Source of the DNA: an uncultured bacterium
GTDB taxonomy: Bacteria > Poribacteria > WGA-4E > PCPOR2b
Direction of reading: 5' to 3'
Length of the DNA: 64,000 bases
NCBI GenBank assembly: GCA_964577695.1
Contig: CAZOAL010000014.1
Span: 49,250-113,249, forward strand
The first letter of the stretch is position 1; each line of letters opens with the position of its first letter. Position numbers and translations under genes: made by a program. A model generated the notes under the pieces. It had not been told where the DNA came from. It ran no database searches and worked only from the letters and a program-made list of their open reading frames with translations. Positions 7,851 to 16,268 of the stretch are shown in pieces.

Positions 7851-9056
7851 CTAAAGCCCCCAATGCTCATCAATCTCTCGCTGGTATCCATTGACCTTGC
7901 CATCGAGCACATCAGCGAGACGCACTGCCTCGCCAGACCAGGCCGATTCGTAGATTGCGATGGAGATGGCTTTGGCTTGCAGGCCTGTCCAGCCATCCAC
8001 TTCGGGTGGACGCCGATCTTTGATTGCATTGATGAAGTCATACACTTCGAGCGTAAAACCGTCCTCAATCCCCAACGGGAAGAGCCTCTCTTTTTCGTCA
8101 GGGCTTAACGTTTCGAGGTACATATCCCGCAGTTGGTTGATTGAGCATTTGGTGCCGTCGAGCTTTTCTACCTCCCCGCGATCTTGAAAGACGAACGGGT
8201 GAAAGACATCGCCGTGGTCTCGAATCACACCCGCATTCCCATAAAAGGCGACATTCAGAAAACTGTGTACGGGCGCTGCAATTGTCCAACTCCATGTCCC
8301 GATGACGCCGCTCTTAAAGGTGATCACCGCGACCCAGGTATCCTCGTGGCAGGAGGGGACTTTTCCCCTCTCCGTGTGATTTGCAAACCGACCATCGAGC
8401 TGCCGAACTTCTGCGTAAACCCGCTCGACATCACCGAAGAAGTAGTGGATGGTATCCATCATGTGCGCTCCACTGTCCATCACCATGCCGCCGCCGCTGA
8501 AGTTTTTGTCCAATCGCCAATGCCAATTGCCAATCCTCGACGGGTCTTGCCAACCTGCCGATTGAGCAAAAAACATTCGGGGCGTTCCGATAATGTTCCC
8601 GTCGTTGAGTGCCCACCTCACCGCTCGTTGGCGCGGATACCTGCGACAGTTCTCAGCGGTGGCAGTAATCCTGCCATTTTTCGCCGCAACGTCGATCATT
8701 TTTTGGCTGGCTTTGATCGTAATGCCGAACGGCTTTTCAGTCATAATATCCACGCCGGATTCCAGGCAAGGGATGGCGGTGATGTGATGATGCGAATGCG
8801 ACGTGCAAATGTCCGCTCCGTTGAGCGCTTCCGCTTTCAACATCTCTTCGACGCTGGCATAAGCGCGGGGCGTGGTCCCTTGAAACGCCGCAATTTTTTC
8901 CGCAAACTCCTGCGCCGCTTCCTGACGCACGTCACAAGTGGCATCAATCGAAAAGGTATCAACACCTTTTCCAATTAACTCCTGGTATCCCCTCAAATGT
9001 GCATTTGCGATGCCACCACAACCGATTAAGGCTAAACGAACTGGTTTATCTGACAC
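7851..9056 (-). CDS. Gfo/Idh/MocA-family NAD(P)-dependent oxidoreductase
   Basis: Rossmann start VRLALIGCGGIANAHLRGY. The GTG at 9056 is preceded by GGAGGA. Confidence 0.85.
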   Translation of the reverse strand: MSDKPVRLALIGCGGIANAHLRGYQELIGKGVDTFSIDATCDVRQEAAQEFAEKIAAFQGTTPRAYASVEEMLKAEALNGADICTSHSHHHITAIPCLESGVDIMTEKPFGITIKASQKMIDVAAKNGRITATAENCRRYPRQRAVRWALNDGNIIGTPRMFFAQSAGWQDPSRIGNWHWRLDKNFSGGGMVMDSGAHMMDTIHYFFGDVERVYAEVRQLDGRFANHTERGKVPSCHEDTWVAVITFKSGVIGTWSWTIAAPVHSFLNVAFYGNAGVIRDHGDVFHPFVFQDRGEVEKLDGTKCSINQLRDMYLETLSPDEKERLFPLGIEDGFTLEVYDFINAIKDRRPPEVDGWTGLQAKAISIAIYESAWSGEAVRLADVLDGKVNGYQREIDEHWGL

Positions 9057-9165
9057 GATTTTCCTCCAAAGAATTTTCGCTTGACTCGGCAATAAAATCT
9101 TGACTTTTTGCTAACTTCAGTTTACTATACCATTGTCGTTTTGTCAAGAGATTAAGGTGTTGGGT

Positions 9166-9297
9166 AGGGTCATTTAATTATCAGTTAAGCGAACGTCGGT
9201 TGAGTAGCGATAGCGTATCGAAACCTAGTGAGCGTTGGTCTCGATACGGCTTCGCCTACTCGACCAACACTCAAAAAATCGATAATTAAATGACCCT
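9166..9297. mobile_element. MITE-like element with a 17-bp perfect TIR (AGGGTCATTTAATTATC) and a long imperfect internal hairpin
   Basis: The left end agggtcatttaattatc (9166-9182) is the exact reverse complement of the right end gataattaaatgaccct (9281-9297). Both sides are flanked by the direct repeat GGTGTTGGGT. Confidence 0.6.
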
Positions 9298-9342
9298 AGG
9301 TGTTGGGTGTTAGTAATCCCTAAAAGGACAGAGGTTTTTCGC

Positions 9343-9630
9343 ATGACGCTCGGAAAAGTTGTGGGGACGATTGTTGCCACACAAAAAGATGAAAAATTGA
9401 TCGGCAGTAAGTTGATGATTGTTCAAGATGTCGATCTGGATGGAAATCTGGTCAGCCGATACACGGTCGCTGTCGATGCTGTTGGAGCTGGCGTCGGTGA
9501 ACTGGTGCTAACTGCGGGCGGGAGTTCAGCACGTTATACCAACGTCACCAAGAACAAGCCTGTTGATGCCGTCATTATGGCTATCGTCGATGTTGTTGAA
9601 GTGCACGGTGAAATTCGGTATCAGAAGTGA
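9343..9630 (+). CDS. EutN/CcmL/PduN-family bacterial microcompartment vertex (BMC-P) protein
   Basis: MTLGKVVGTIVATQKDEKLIGSKLMIVQ...VAVDAVGAGVGELVLTAGGSSAR...PVDAVIMAIVD matches the EutN/CcmL pattern. The start is trimmed to the ATG at 9343. Confidence 0.8.
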   Translation: MTLGKVVGTIVATQKDEKLIGSKLMIVQDVDLDGNLVSRYTVAVDAVGAGVGELVLTAGGSSARYTNVTKNKPVDAVIMAIVDVVEVHGEIRYQK

Positions 9631-9645
9631 TGTACAACGTTTTAT

Positions 9646-9678
9646 AACCTTGAAAAGGTTCAGAACCTTTTCAAGGTT
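9646..9678 (+). promoter_or_regulatory. Perfect 15-bp-stem hairpin between the EutN-like and FGE-like genes
   Basis: aaccttgaaaaggtt, loop cag, aaccttttcaaggtt. No T-run follows. The FGE RBS (AAGGAGGA) lies directly downstream. Confidence 0.5.
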
Positions 9679-9696
9679 GCTAAAGGAGGAAAACCA

Positions 9697-10674
9697 ATGC
9701 AAAAATCAAAATTCACAATCTTTATTATTCTGCTCTGCGCCGGACTTTTAGCGACCTGCGCCCCGGTGCAACGAGAACCTCAAGAGAAACCGCAGCTCCG
9801 TTCCGAGAGTCCGCAAGGCGGACCGGGTCAGGCGACGGAACAGGTCAGCCCCACAGACGGCGCGAAGATGGTCCTTATCCCCGCCGGTGAGTTCTGGATG
9901 GGGACGGACGCCAACGAAATTCCACAGCTTGTCGAGTGGGCAAAGAAGCATTACAGCGATACCCAAGCCAGTTGGTTTGAAGATGAGGCCCCTCGTCATA
10001 AGGTCTATGTCGATGCGTTTTATATTGACAAATACGAGGTGACGAATGCACAATATCAGAAGTTCATGAGAGCAACTGGACATCCAATGGTTGCAACCGC
10101 ACGGGACTCAAGATTCAATGCCCCAACTCAACCGGTCGTGGGTGTAACGTGGTACGATGCCATGGCTTACGCGAAGTGGGCAGGGAAACGCCTGCCGACG
10201 GAAGCGGAGTGGGAGAAGGCGGCGCGTGGAGGGTTGGAAGGAAAGAAGTATCCGTGGGGCAATCAGGACCCAGATGGTTCTCAGTGCAACTTTGCGGATA
10301 AAAACGCGCCAAGCTATTGCAGTTGGGCGGATAGGAATGCCAACGATGGTTATCAATACACCGCCCCTGTTGGGAAGTATCCACCAAACGGCTACGGCTT
10401 GTATGACATGGCTGGGAATGTCTGGGAGTGGTGCCTGGACGAACACGATAGCGGTTTTTATGCCAAAAGCGCTGGTCGAAATCCAGTGGGTGGAGCTACG
10501 AACATAACGGATATTATATCTGATTTCACGAATGTTACAGAGTTCCGCGTCCTTCGCGGCGGTAGCTGGAACGGCACTTCGGACGGCGTGTGCGTGGCGG
10601 GCCGCGACGGCGGCGCCCCGACGAACGCGCACGACAGCCTCGGTTTTCGTTGCGCAGGATCGGTTACCCCTTAA
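9697..10674 (+). CDS. Formylglycine-generating-enzyme (FGE/SUMF1) family lipoprotein
   Basis: Lipoprotein signal (LLCAGLLATC). Motifs GVTWYDAMAYAKWAGKRLPTEAEWEKAARGG, NVWEW, RVLRGGSW and GFRC. Confidence 0.85.
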   Translation: MQKSKFTIFIILLCAGLLATCAPVQREPQEKPQLRSESPQGGPGQATEQVSPTDGAKMVLIPAGEFWMGTDANEIPQLVEWAKKHYSDTQASWFEDEAPRHKVYVDAFYIDKYEVTNAQYQKFMRATGHPMVATARDSRFNAPTQPVVGVTWYDAMAYAKWAGKRLPTEAEWEKAARGGLEGKKYPWGNQDPDGSQCNFADKNAPSYCSWADRNANDGYQYTAPVGKYPPNGYGLYDMAGNVWEWCLDEHDSGFYAKSAGRNPVGGATNITDIISDFTNVTEFRVLRGGSWNGTSDGVCVAGRDGGAPTNAHDSLGFRCAGSVTP

Positions 10675-10699
10675 TCCCTTTACCCCTTTACCCCTTTCC
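10667..10699. repeat. Tandem octamer (CCCTTTAC-like) overlapping the FGE stop codon
   Basis: ccccttaatccctttacccctttacccctttcc, read directly. Confidence 0.8.
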
Positions 10700-10781
10700 G
10701 GTTCGGCGTTTACGAATTCATGAGTTTAAGCCCGCGAAGCGGGATCTGGTTTTTTTTTGGAAATTCCCTTTTGTATTAGTT

Positions 10782-10924
10782 CGCCAATGTCACATTAGAA
10801 ATGAGATCCAGTCGTAGCCCAACTTTCTAAGTTGGCCAACCGAGGACATCAGCCGCGGGGGCCAAGATAGAATCTTGGGCTACAGAGCCTGCCCCGCTCT
10901 ATCGGGGGAAATGTGACATTGGCA
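10782..10924. mobile_element. MITE family A, copy 1 (TIR CGCCAATGTCACATT)
   Basis: Left end cgccaatgtcacatt, right end aatgtgacattggca. Flanking TTAGT on both sides looks like a TSD. The interior carries the GTAGCCCAA...CCAAGATAGAATCTTGGGCTAC module. Confidence 0.65.
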
Positions 10925-10957
10925 AGTTAGTCAAGATGATGATCGGCACCCCCGCTC

Positions 10958-11013
10958 GGCTTGGATTTGCCAATCCAAGCCATGACCGATGGTCTGGATT
11001 TGGCAATCCAGAC
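10958..11013. repeat. Two hairpins of the NNNGGATT-TGSC-AATCCNNN family
   Basis: ggcttggatttgccaatccaagcc and gtctggatttggcaatccagac. Relatives occur at 41354-41404. Confidence 0.7.
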
Positions 11014-11115
11014 TGAGCGCAATCCATCGGGAGCAGTGTCAACCATCTTCCTGACCATTACATTTTTGCATGAAATGGTATAACAAAGTCAAGTTCCCCG
11101 TGAAAGGAAAACCAT

Positions 11116-12027
11116 TTGAAGGGAAAGAGAGTTGAATATCAAAAGTCCTTGAGAACGAAGCTGGAGCATCCGGTTTATCGAGAGCTCTTTGGACTCTCAG
11201 AGAATATTGAGCTGGAAGCTGAAGAAGATTTCGTCTTACAGCGGGAATTTCGGATTGACTTCGTTTTTCGGAAGATCGAGAAGAAACTGCCTCTTAGCGG
11301 AATCTTCTCGCACTTCAAAACGCATAACCTTTTCGAGTTCAAATCGGTCAATGACGCCTTTGACCTTGTCCAGTTAAGGAAGTATTTGGGCGAGTTGTTC
11401 TGGTGGTTATACCTCAAGGATGAGGGGCAGCTTGAAGGCAAGGAAGTTACCCTGACCATCATGACCGTCAGGAGACCGAGCAACGTGCTGAAGTATTTAC
11501 AACAACTGCACTCACAAATTGGCTTAAGGAACGAAAGCCCTGGCCATTACCAGTGGTCGGTGATGGAGATTGAGGTGCATCTTTTAGTAATCAACGAACT
11601 TGATGTCCTCCGCAAGCATTACGCCTGGCTGTTGTTTGCCGAAGGAAGGAAGTTTGAAGCCTACCGAGAACAGTTGTCACAAGACATCTCTGGCGATGAA
11701 ACTTCCCAAACCTACCTTGATATGATGAGTGAATTAGAACAGGAGGGAAAAGAAAGAATGGCGGATGAAATTCTCCAAAGAGTCATTAGTCGGATGTCCC
11801 CTGAACGTGCTGAGAAGCTAATTCTTGGCCTACCAGCAGCGGTGACGCAGCAGTTGCAGGTGAACGCAATGAAGAAGATGTTATCCCAACTATTGCAAGC
11901 GAAATTCGGCGCGTTGCCAGAGGAAGTTGTAGGTCGCATCCAAAAAGCAGAATCAGAAGATGAGTTATCTAACCTGGCCAAAAAGCTAATCACCGCTTCT
12001 TCTTGGGCTGAACTTGGATTGAGTTGA
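11116..12027 (+). CDS. Rpn/YhgA-like PD-(D/E)XK protein with a DUF4351-like C-terminus (transposase-like)
   Basis: The core REFRIDFVFRK...NLFEFKSVND is PD-(D/E)XK-like (D...E.K). The C-terminus LLQAKFGALPEEVVGRIQKAESEDELSNLAKKLITASSWAEL resembles DUF4351. TTG start. Confidence 0.45.
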   Translation: MKGKRVEYQKSLRTKLEHPVYRELFGLSENIELEAEEDFVLQREFRIDFVFRKIEKKLPLSGIFSHFKTHNLFEFKSVNDAFDLVQLRKYLGELFWWLYLKDEGQLEGKEVTLTIMTVRRPSNVLKYLQQLHSQIGLRNESPGHYQWSVMEIEVHLLVINELDVLRKHYAWLLFAEGRKFEAYREQLSQDISGDETSQTYLDMMSELEQEGKERMADEILQRVISRMSPERAEKLILGLPAAVTQQLQVNAMKKMLSQLLQAKFGALPEEVVGRIQKAESEDELSNLAKKLITASSWAELGLS

Positions 12028-12194
12028 GTGACCCTTGAAAAGGTTCTGAACCCTTCGTTGTACTCAGGGCAGGCTCTTTTCAAGGGTGTGGCGGTAAGTA
12101 GGCGAGTTGCATTGAGCGGGCATACTGAAGGGTCCACGGCGTGTGACCTGTGTTGGTTTATTTGAAGCCAGCCTAAGATAAAAACCGCGGGGCA

Positions 12195-14138
12195 ATGACT
12201 GGTAAGCGAAATGCTGAACGTCATCGCCCCATTTTTATCGCGCAAGTCGCCCGACTTGTACTTGGGTGGCACAGATTGATGGATTTACGCGATATGGATG
12301 AGAAATTGTCACTCAAAATCGAGCTTATCAAGCAGATTGGCTGGCTAGTCAAGTTGCGTTGGATCGCAATCACGGGTGTATTTGTCACCGTTGGTGTTGC
12401 GAGCTGGGGACTCCATATCATTGAGCAGCCATTGCCGCTGTTCGCGATCGCCACGCTGATGGTGCTCTACAATTTTGAGCCACAGATTTATCCCAAACAT
12501 ATCACAGAGAAACCCCTCGCATCGATTAAGCGGCACGCTGGAGCGCATATCATACTGGATGTGCTGTCGCTAACGGCGCTGATCCATTTTAGCGGCGGCG
12601 TCGAAAACCCGTTTATTTTCTACTTCATCTTCCACTTGATCATTGCCAGCATTATTCTCTCTAAAAGAGTGAGCTACATTCTCGCCACATTCAACACTGC
12701 CCTTCTGAGCTCCCTTATTTTCCTGGAGTATTATCACATCCTGCCTCACTATCATCTTGAAAATTTCTTGCCTGAAACGCTCTGGCGGGATGGACTCTAC
12801 ATTTCAAGCGTGCTGTTTGTGTTCACAAGTACCTTGTTTTTTTCTGTCTATCTGGCAACATCAATTATGGACACGGCAAGAGCCCGTGAAGCGGAAACGC
12901 GCGAGTTGAAGGAGAGCCTGGAGGAAAAGGTCGTTGAACTGGAAAAAACAAGGAAAGAGGTGCTCTTCGAGCGCAATAAACTCAAATCAATCATTGAGTG
13001 TATGCAGGAAGGGGTTGTCTTTGTCGATGACAAACACCGGGTGTCCCTATTCAATAAAGCCGCGCAGCAGATCAGAACAGAGAAATTAGGATTGGATGTC
13101 GAATACAGCCCCCACGCTCCGATTGGAGATTTTCCCCCGACAGCGCCTGCCTCGCGCCATCGGGGTTCGCGAGTTGCGCGCGGCGAAATCCCACAAAGCG
13201 GAAGCTTTGCTTCGCTCGAGCTATGTCCTGAAACTTACGGACCTCTGTTGCAAATTGCGGAAGAATTATCGAAGGGACACGCTGTGATTGAACACCAGAG
13301 CCTCCAACTCAAGGACAAGTTTTTTGAAAACACTTACTCTGCGGTGCGCGATGACACCGGTCACTATTTAGGGACGGTGCTGGTTTGCCGGGAGGTGACA
13401 GATCGGAAGCGAATGGAACAGCAGATGATTCAATCTGAAAAGATGGCTGCGATTGGAGAGTTGGCGGCAGGCGTTGCACATGAGATCAATAACCCACTGG
13501 ATGGCTTGCTCAATTGTATCCTGCGAATCAAGCGCAACCCAAAGAACGAAGAGCAGACCCAAGAATACTTGGATCTCATGGAAGAAGCCATTCGGCGGAT
13601 TGAATCGACGGTGGGACAACTCCTTAACTTTTCGCGTAAACATGAACTTGCGCTCACGTTGATTCCCTTGAATGAGGTTGTCGATGAGGTTGCGGTTTTG
13701 ATTGCATACAGCGCGGACGAAAAAGGCATCCGAATCGAGGAGCAGTTTCAAGCAGACCTCACTCCCATCCTTGGGGATAAACATCTTTTAGAGCAGGTGG
13801 TCCTGAATCTGGGACTCAACGCGATTGCCGCCATGCCCGATGGCGGTGTGCTGACTTTTAAGACCGGGAAGATCGAATTTGATTCCCTGCTCGGCGAGGC
13901 GGCTGTCTATGTCCAGATCACAGATACAGGAATTGGCATTCCGAAATCGGTTCAAGATCGAATTTTCGATCCGTTTTATACAACAAAGCTCACAGAGAAC
14001 GGCACAGGGCTTGGACTTTCCGTATCCAATCGAATCGTTAGACAACATGAGGGAGTGATTGAATTTGAAAGTGAGGTGGGCCGAGGTTCCACATTTACCG
14101 TTAAATTACCCATAAGGAGGATTCGAGAAGACACATGA
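12195..14138 (+). CDS. Membrane sensor histidine kinase (multi-TM, PAS-like, HisKA, HATPase_c)
   Basis: H-box AAGVAHEINNPL, an N-box, and the G-box TGIGIP...GTGLGLSV. The N-terminus has about 6 hydrophobic segments. The true start may be a downstream Met (about 12279). Confidence 0.85.
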   Translation: MTGKRNAERHRPIFIAQVARLVLGWHRLMDLRDMDEKLSLKIELIKQIGWLVKLRWIAITGVFVTVGVASWGLHIIEQPLPLFAIATLMVLYNFEPQIYPKHITEKPLASIKRHAGAHIILDVLSLTALIHFSGGVENPFIFYFIFHLIIASIILSKRVSYILATFNTALLSSLIFLEYYHILPHYHLENFLPETLWRDGLYISSVLFVFTSTLFFSVYLATSIMDTARAREAETRELKESLEEKVVELEKTRKEVLFERNKLKSIIECMQEGVVFVDDKHRVSLFNKAAQQIRTEKLGLDVEYSPHAPIGDFPPTAPASRHRGSRVARGEIPQSGSFASLELCPETYGPLLQIAEELSKGHAVIEHQSLQLKDKFFENTYSAVRDDTGHYLGTVLVCREVTDRKRMEQQMIQSEKMAAIGELAAGVAHEINNPLDGLLNCILRIKRNPKNEEQTQEYLDLMEEAIRRIESTVGQLLNFSRKHELALTLIPLNEVVDEVAVLIAYSADEKGIRIEEQFQADLTPILGDKHLLEQVVLNLGLNAIAAMPDGGVLTFKTGKIEFDSLLGEAAVYVQITDTGIGIPKSVQDRIFDPFYTTKLTENGTGLGLSVSNRIVRQHEGVIEFESEVGRGSTFTVKLPIRRIREDT

Positions 14139-15532
14139 AGGTACTGGTTGTTGACGATGAAAAGATTAAACGGATTACCCTGCGCGATGACCTGCGCGAG
14201 GCAAATTATGAGACCATTGCGGTTGAGTCTCCCACCATTGCGCTACAACTTTTGCAGAATGAATATTTTGATGTCCTTGTGACTGACCTGCGAATGCCTA
14301 AGATGCACGGAATTGAGTTTCTCAAGCGTGTCAAAAAAGAGTATCCACAGATGACCGTGATTATTATGACCGCTTATGCCAGCGTCGAAACGGCTGTGGA
14401 AGCGATGAAATTTGGGGCTTATAACTACATCAAAAAGCCCTTTTCGAGCCATGAACTGATTGTCATGTTGGATAAACTGAAGGGACTCCGTGGCGGGGAG
14501 GGGTTTGAAACCCGCGCGTATCCAGTTCACATGGAGCAGCGGTATCCGTATCACGATATCATTGGGAAAAGTCAGTCGATGAAAGAGATCTTTAACTTGC
14601 TTGAAACGATCTCCGATTCGAGCAGTAACGTGCTGATTTACGGTGAAAGAGGCACAGGAAAAGCGCTGCTTGCAAAATCCATCCATCTCAATAGCTTGCG
14701 CCGGCATCAGCCCTTTGTGGCTGTCAACTGTGCTGGCATATCGAAAGAGGGATTAGAGAGCGAAATCTTTGGACAAGAGAAGCCCCCCCTCCTCAATTCA
14801 CCCCCAACATTGGCAGAGGAAGGCGAGGGGGCAGATACCCCCGATCGGAAATCGGGGTTCAAGTTAGCGCATAAAGGCACGCTTTTTCTCAAAGAAGTGA
14901 ATCACACTCCCGCTGAGTTTCAAGCCAAGCTACTCCGCATCCTCGAAGAACTGGCGTTTGAGCGAGTGCGAGGAAGCCGGACAATTCACGGAGACGTTCG
15001 GGTGATTGCCTCAACGACGGAAAATTTGCGAAATAAAGTTCAAAGCGGTGCCTTTCGGGATGACTTATTCTATCGGCTGAATGTGGTCCCAATCTTTCTA
15101 CCCCCCCTGCGTGAACGGGCGGAGGATATTCCCCTCTTAATCAACCATTTTCTAGAGCTATTCTCTCCCAATCGTCCCATCCACAGTGCCCCCCAGGCGG
15201 TCGAGCTGCTGATGGGATACCCATGGCCGGGAAATGTACGCGAATTAGAAAATGCTATTGAAAGACTTGTAACGGTTGGCGGGGGTCGAGATATCACCGT
15301 TGAAGATATTCCACTCGAATTCAAACTGCCGACCTCTATCGGCCTTCATGATACATTAGGCGAGACTTCGTTTCAGGAGATTATCCAATCGACGGAACGC
15401 GAACTCATTGCCTGGGCAATGCAGAAGACAAAAGGGAACAAAACCCAGGCGGCAAAGCTGCTTAAAATGAAGCCTTCCACCTTCCGTGACGCCCTCTCCA
15501 AATACATCAACGAGATTGAGTGGGAAAGATGA
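14135..15532 (+). CDS. NtrC-family response regulator (REC, AAA+ sigma54-interaction domain, Fis HTH) lacking the GAFTGA motif
   Basis: REC (VLVVDDE...DVLVTDLRMP), Walker A GERGTGK, GAFRDDLFYRLNV, RERAEDI, and a C-terminal HTH (NKTQAAKLLKMKPSTFR). It overlaps the kinase stop by 4 nt. Confidence 0.85.
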   Translation: MKVLVVDDEKIKRITLRDDLREANYETIAVESPTIALQLLQNEYFDVLVTDLRMPKMHGIEFLKRVKKEYPQMTVIIMTAYASVETAVEAMKFGAYNYIKKPFSSHELIVMLDKLKGLRGGEGFETRAYPVHMEQRYPYHDIIGKSQSMKEIFNLLETISDSSSNVLIYGERGTGKALLAKSIHLNSLRRHQPFVAVNCAGISKEGLESEIFGQEKPPLLNSPPTLAEEGEGADTPDRKSGFKLAHKGTLFLKEVNHTPAEFQAKLLRILEELAFERVRGSRTIHGDVRVIASTTENLRNKVQSGAFRDDLFYRLNVVPIFLPPLRERAEDIPLLINHFLELFSPNRPIHSAPQAVELLMGYPWPGNVRELENAIERLVTVGGGRDITVEDIPLEFKLPTSIGLHDTLGETSFQEIIQSTERELIAWAMQKTKGNKTQAAKLLKMKPSTFRDALSKYINEIEWER

Positions 15533-15595
15533 GGGGGGCGGAAATAGAGGGGGAAGGATGGAAGCAAGGAAAGGGAGGGAGAAAACGAGGAAATG
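15531..15595. repeat. Purine-rich degenerate GGAAGG-type repeat block
   Basis: gaggggggcggaaatagagggggaaggatggaagcaaggaaagggagggagaaaacgagg. Confidence 0.7.
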
Positions 15596-15773
15596 AGCAT
15601 GTCTCACGGGATACGCATTACATATTACGCATGACGCCTTTATAGCACATGCAGGTGAGCGCAACCTAACGGTTCAGGGTTCAACTCCCCGCGCCTGAGA
15701 CACTGGAAAACACAAAGCATTGGTTGGTGTGGGGCGGCTGCAATGGGTATTAGGCAACAATTTACAATGTGAT

Positions 15774-16268
15774 TTATTTGCCTGTGTTCGGAATTTCTTT
15801 AATTCTTATTGTCGCGTTTTTTTGATTGTAATCAATTTCTTCTATGACCATGAAAAACTTACGCCCCTGATATTGAAAGTCAACCCTGTGGCCTACGAGC
15901 CATCTATTTATTCCTATAATACTCCTCGTCCTGTCTGGCAAGGTATATCTGCTAAGAACACCTCTCGTTCCCAGGAAATTTGTAATCTCATCAACGGCAA
16001 AAACAAATCCTGTTTCTTGATCCACATAAGCTTTCTGTTCCCCAACAACTTTTACTACTTCATATAGTTTATACGAGGTAGTATAGTCATTACTTTGCTC
16101 CACTGACTTAGGATTGTCCACTTGTTGTTCAGTGCCTGTAGCTGATTTACTGGACTGTTTATCCTTCGGTTCATTTGAACCTGTTCCTGAAATCTGATAA
16201 AATCGAAAGCACGGCGACGAAACCACAGCAGAACCCTTCCAAATCCTTCTTGTCACCTTAAAACTCAA
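15774..16268 (-). CDS. Hypothetical protein (no recognisable family), co-oriented with and overlapping the upstream retropepsin-like gene
   Basis: 164-aa ORF with a TTG start and an 11-nt overlap with 16258..16644. The region is visibly AT-richer than its surroundings. Confidence 0.35.
   Translation of the reverse strand: MSFKVTRRIWKGSAVVSSPCFRFYQISGTGSNEPKDKQSSKSATGTEQQVDNPKSVEQSNDYTTSYKLYEVVKVVGEQKAYVDQETGFVFAVDEITNFLGTRGVLSRYTLPDRTRSIIGINRWLVGHRVDFQYQGRKFFMVIEEIDYNQKNATIRIKEIPNTGK

Noticed and set aside
8184-8978. 264-aa plus-strand ORF
   Set aside because: It lies entirely antisense to the well-supported Gfo/Idh/MocA gene (7851..9056). The Arg/Pro/His-rich composition is typical of a shadow ORF.
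13090-13240. Possible palindromic-element insertion in the histidine kinase PAS region (peptide ...PHAPIGDFPPTAPASRHRGSRVARGEIPQSGSFASLEL...)
   Set aside because: Short hairpins are present (CTCGCG...CGCGAG and GCGGAAGCtttGCTTCGC). Without an ortholog alignment I cannot distinguish an insertion from a native low-complexity linker, so it is not reported as a finding.
15652-15697. tRNA-like sequence (GGTTCAACTCC T-loop-like)
   Set aside because: Only a T-arm/acceptor-like half of about 45 nt can be drawn. It has no D-arm or anticodon arm, a mismatch in the T-stem, and no CCA context. It is not a tRNA gene, though it may be an att-like fragment (see findings).
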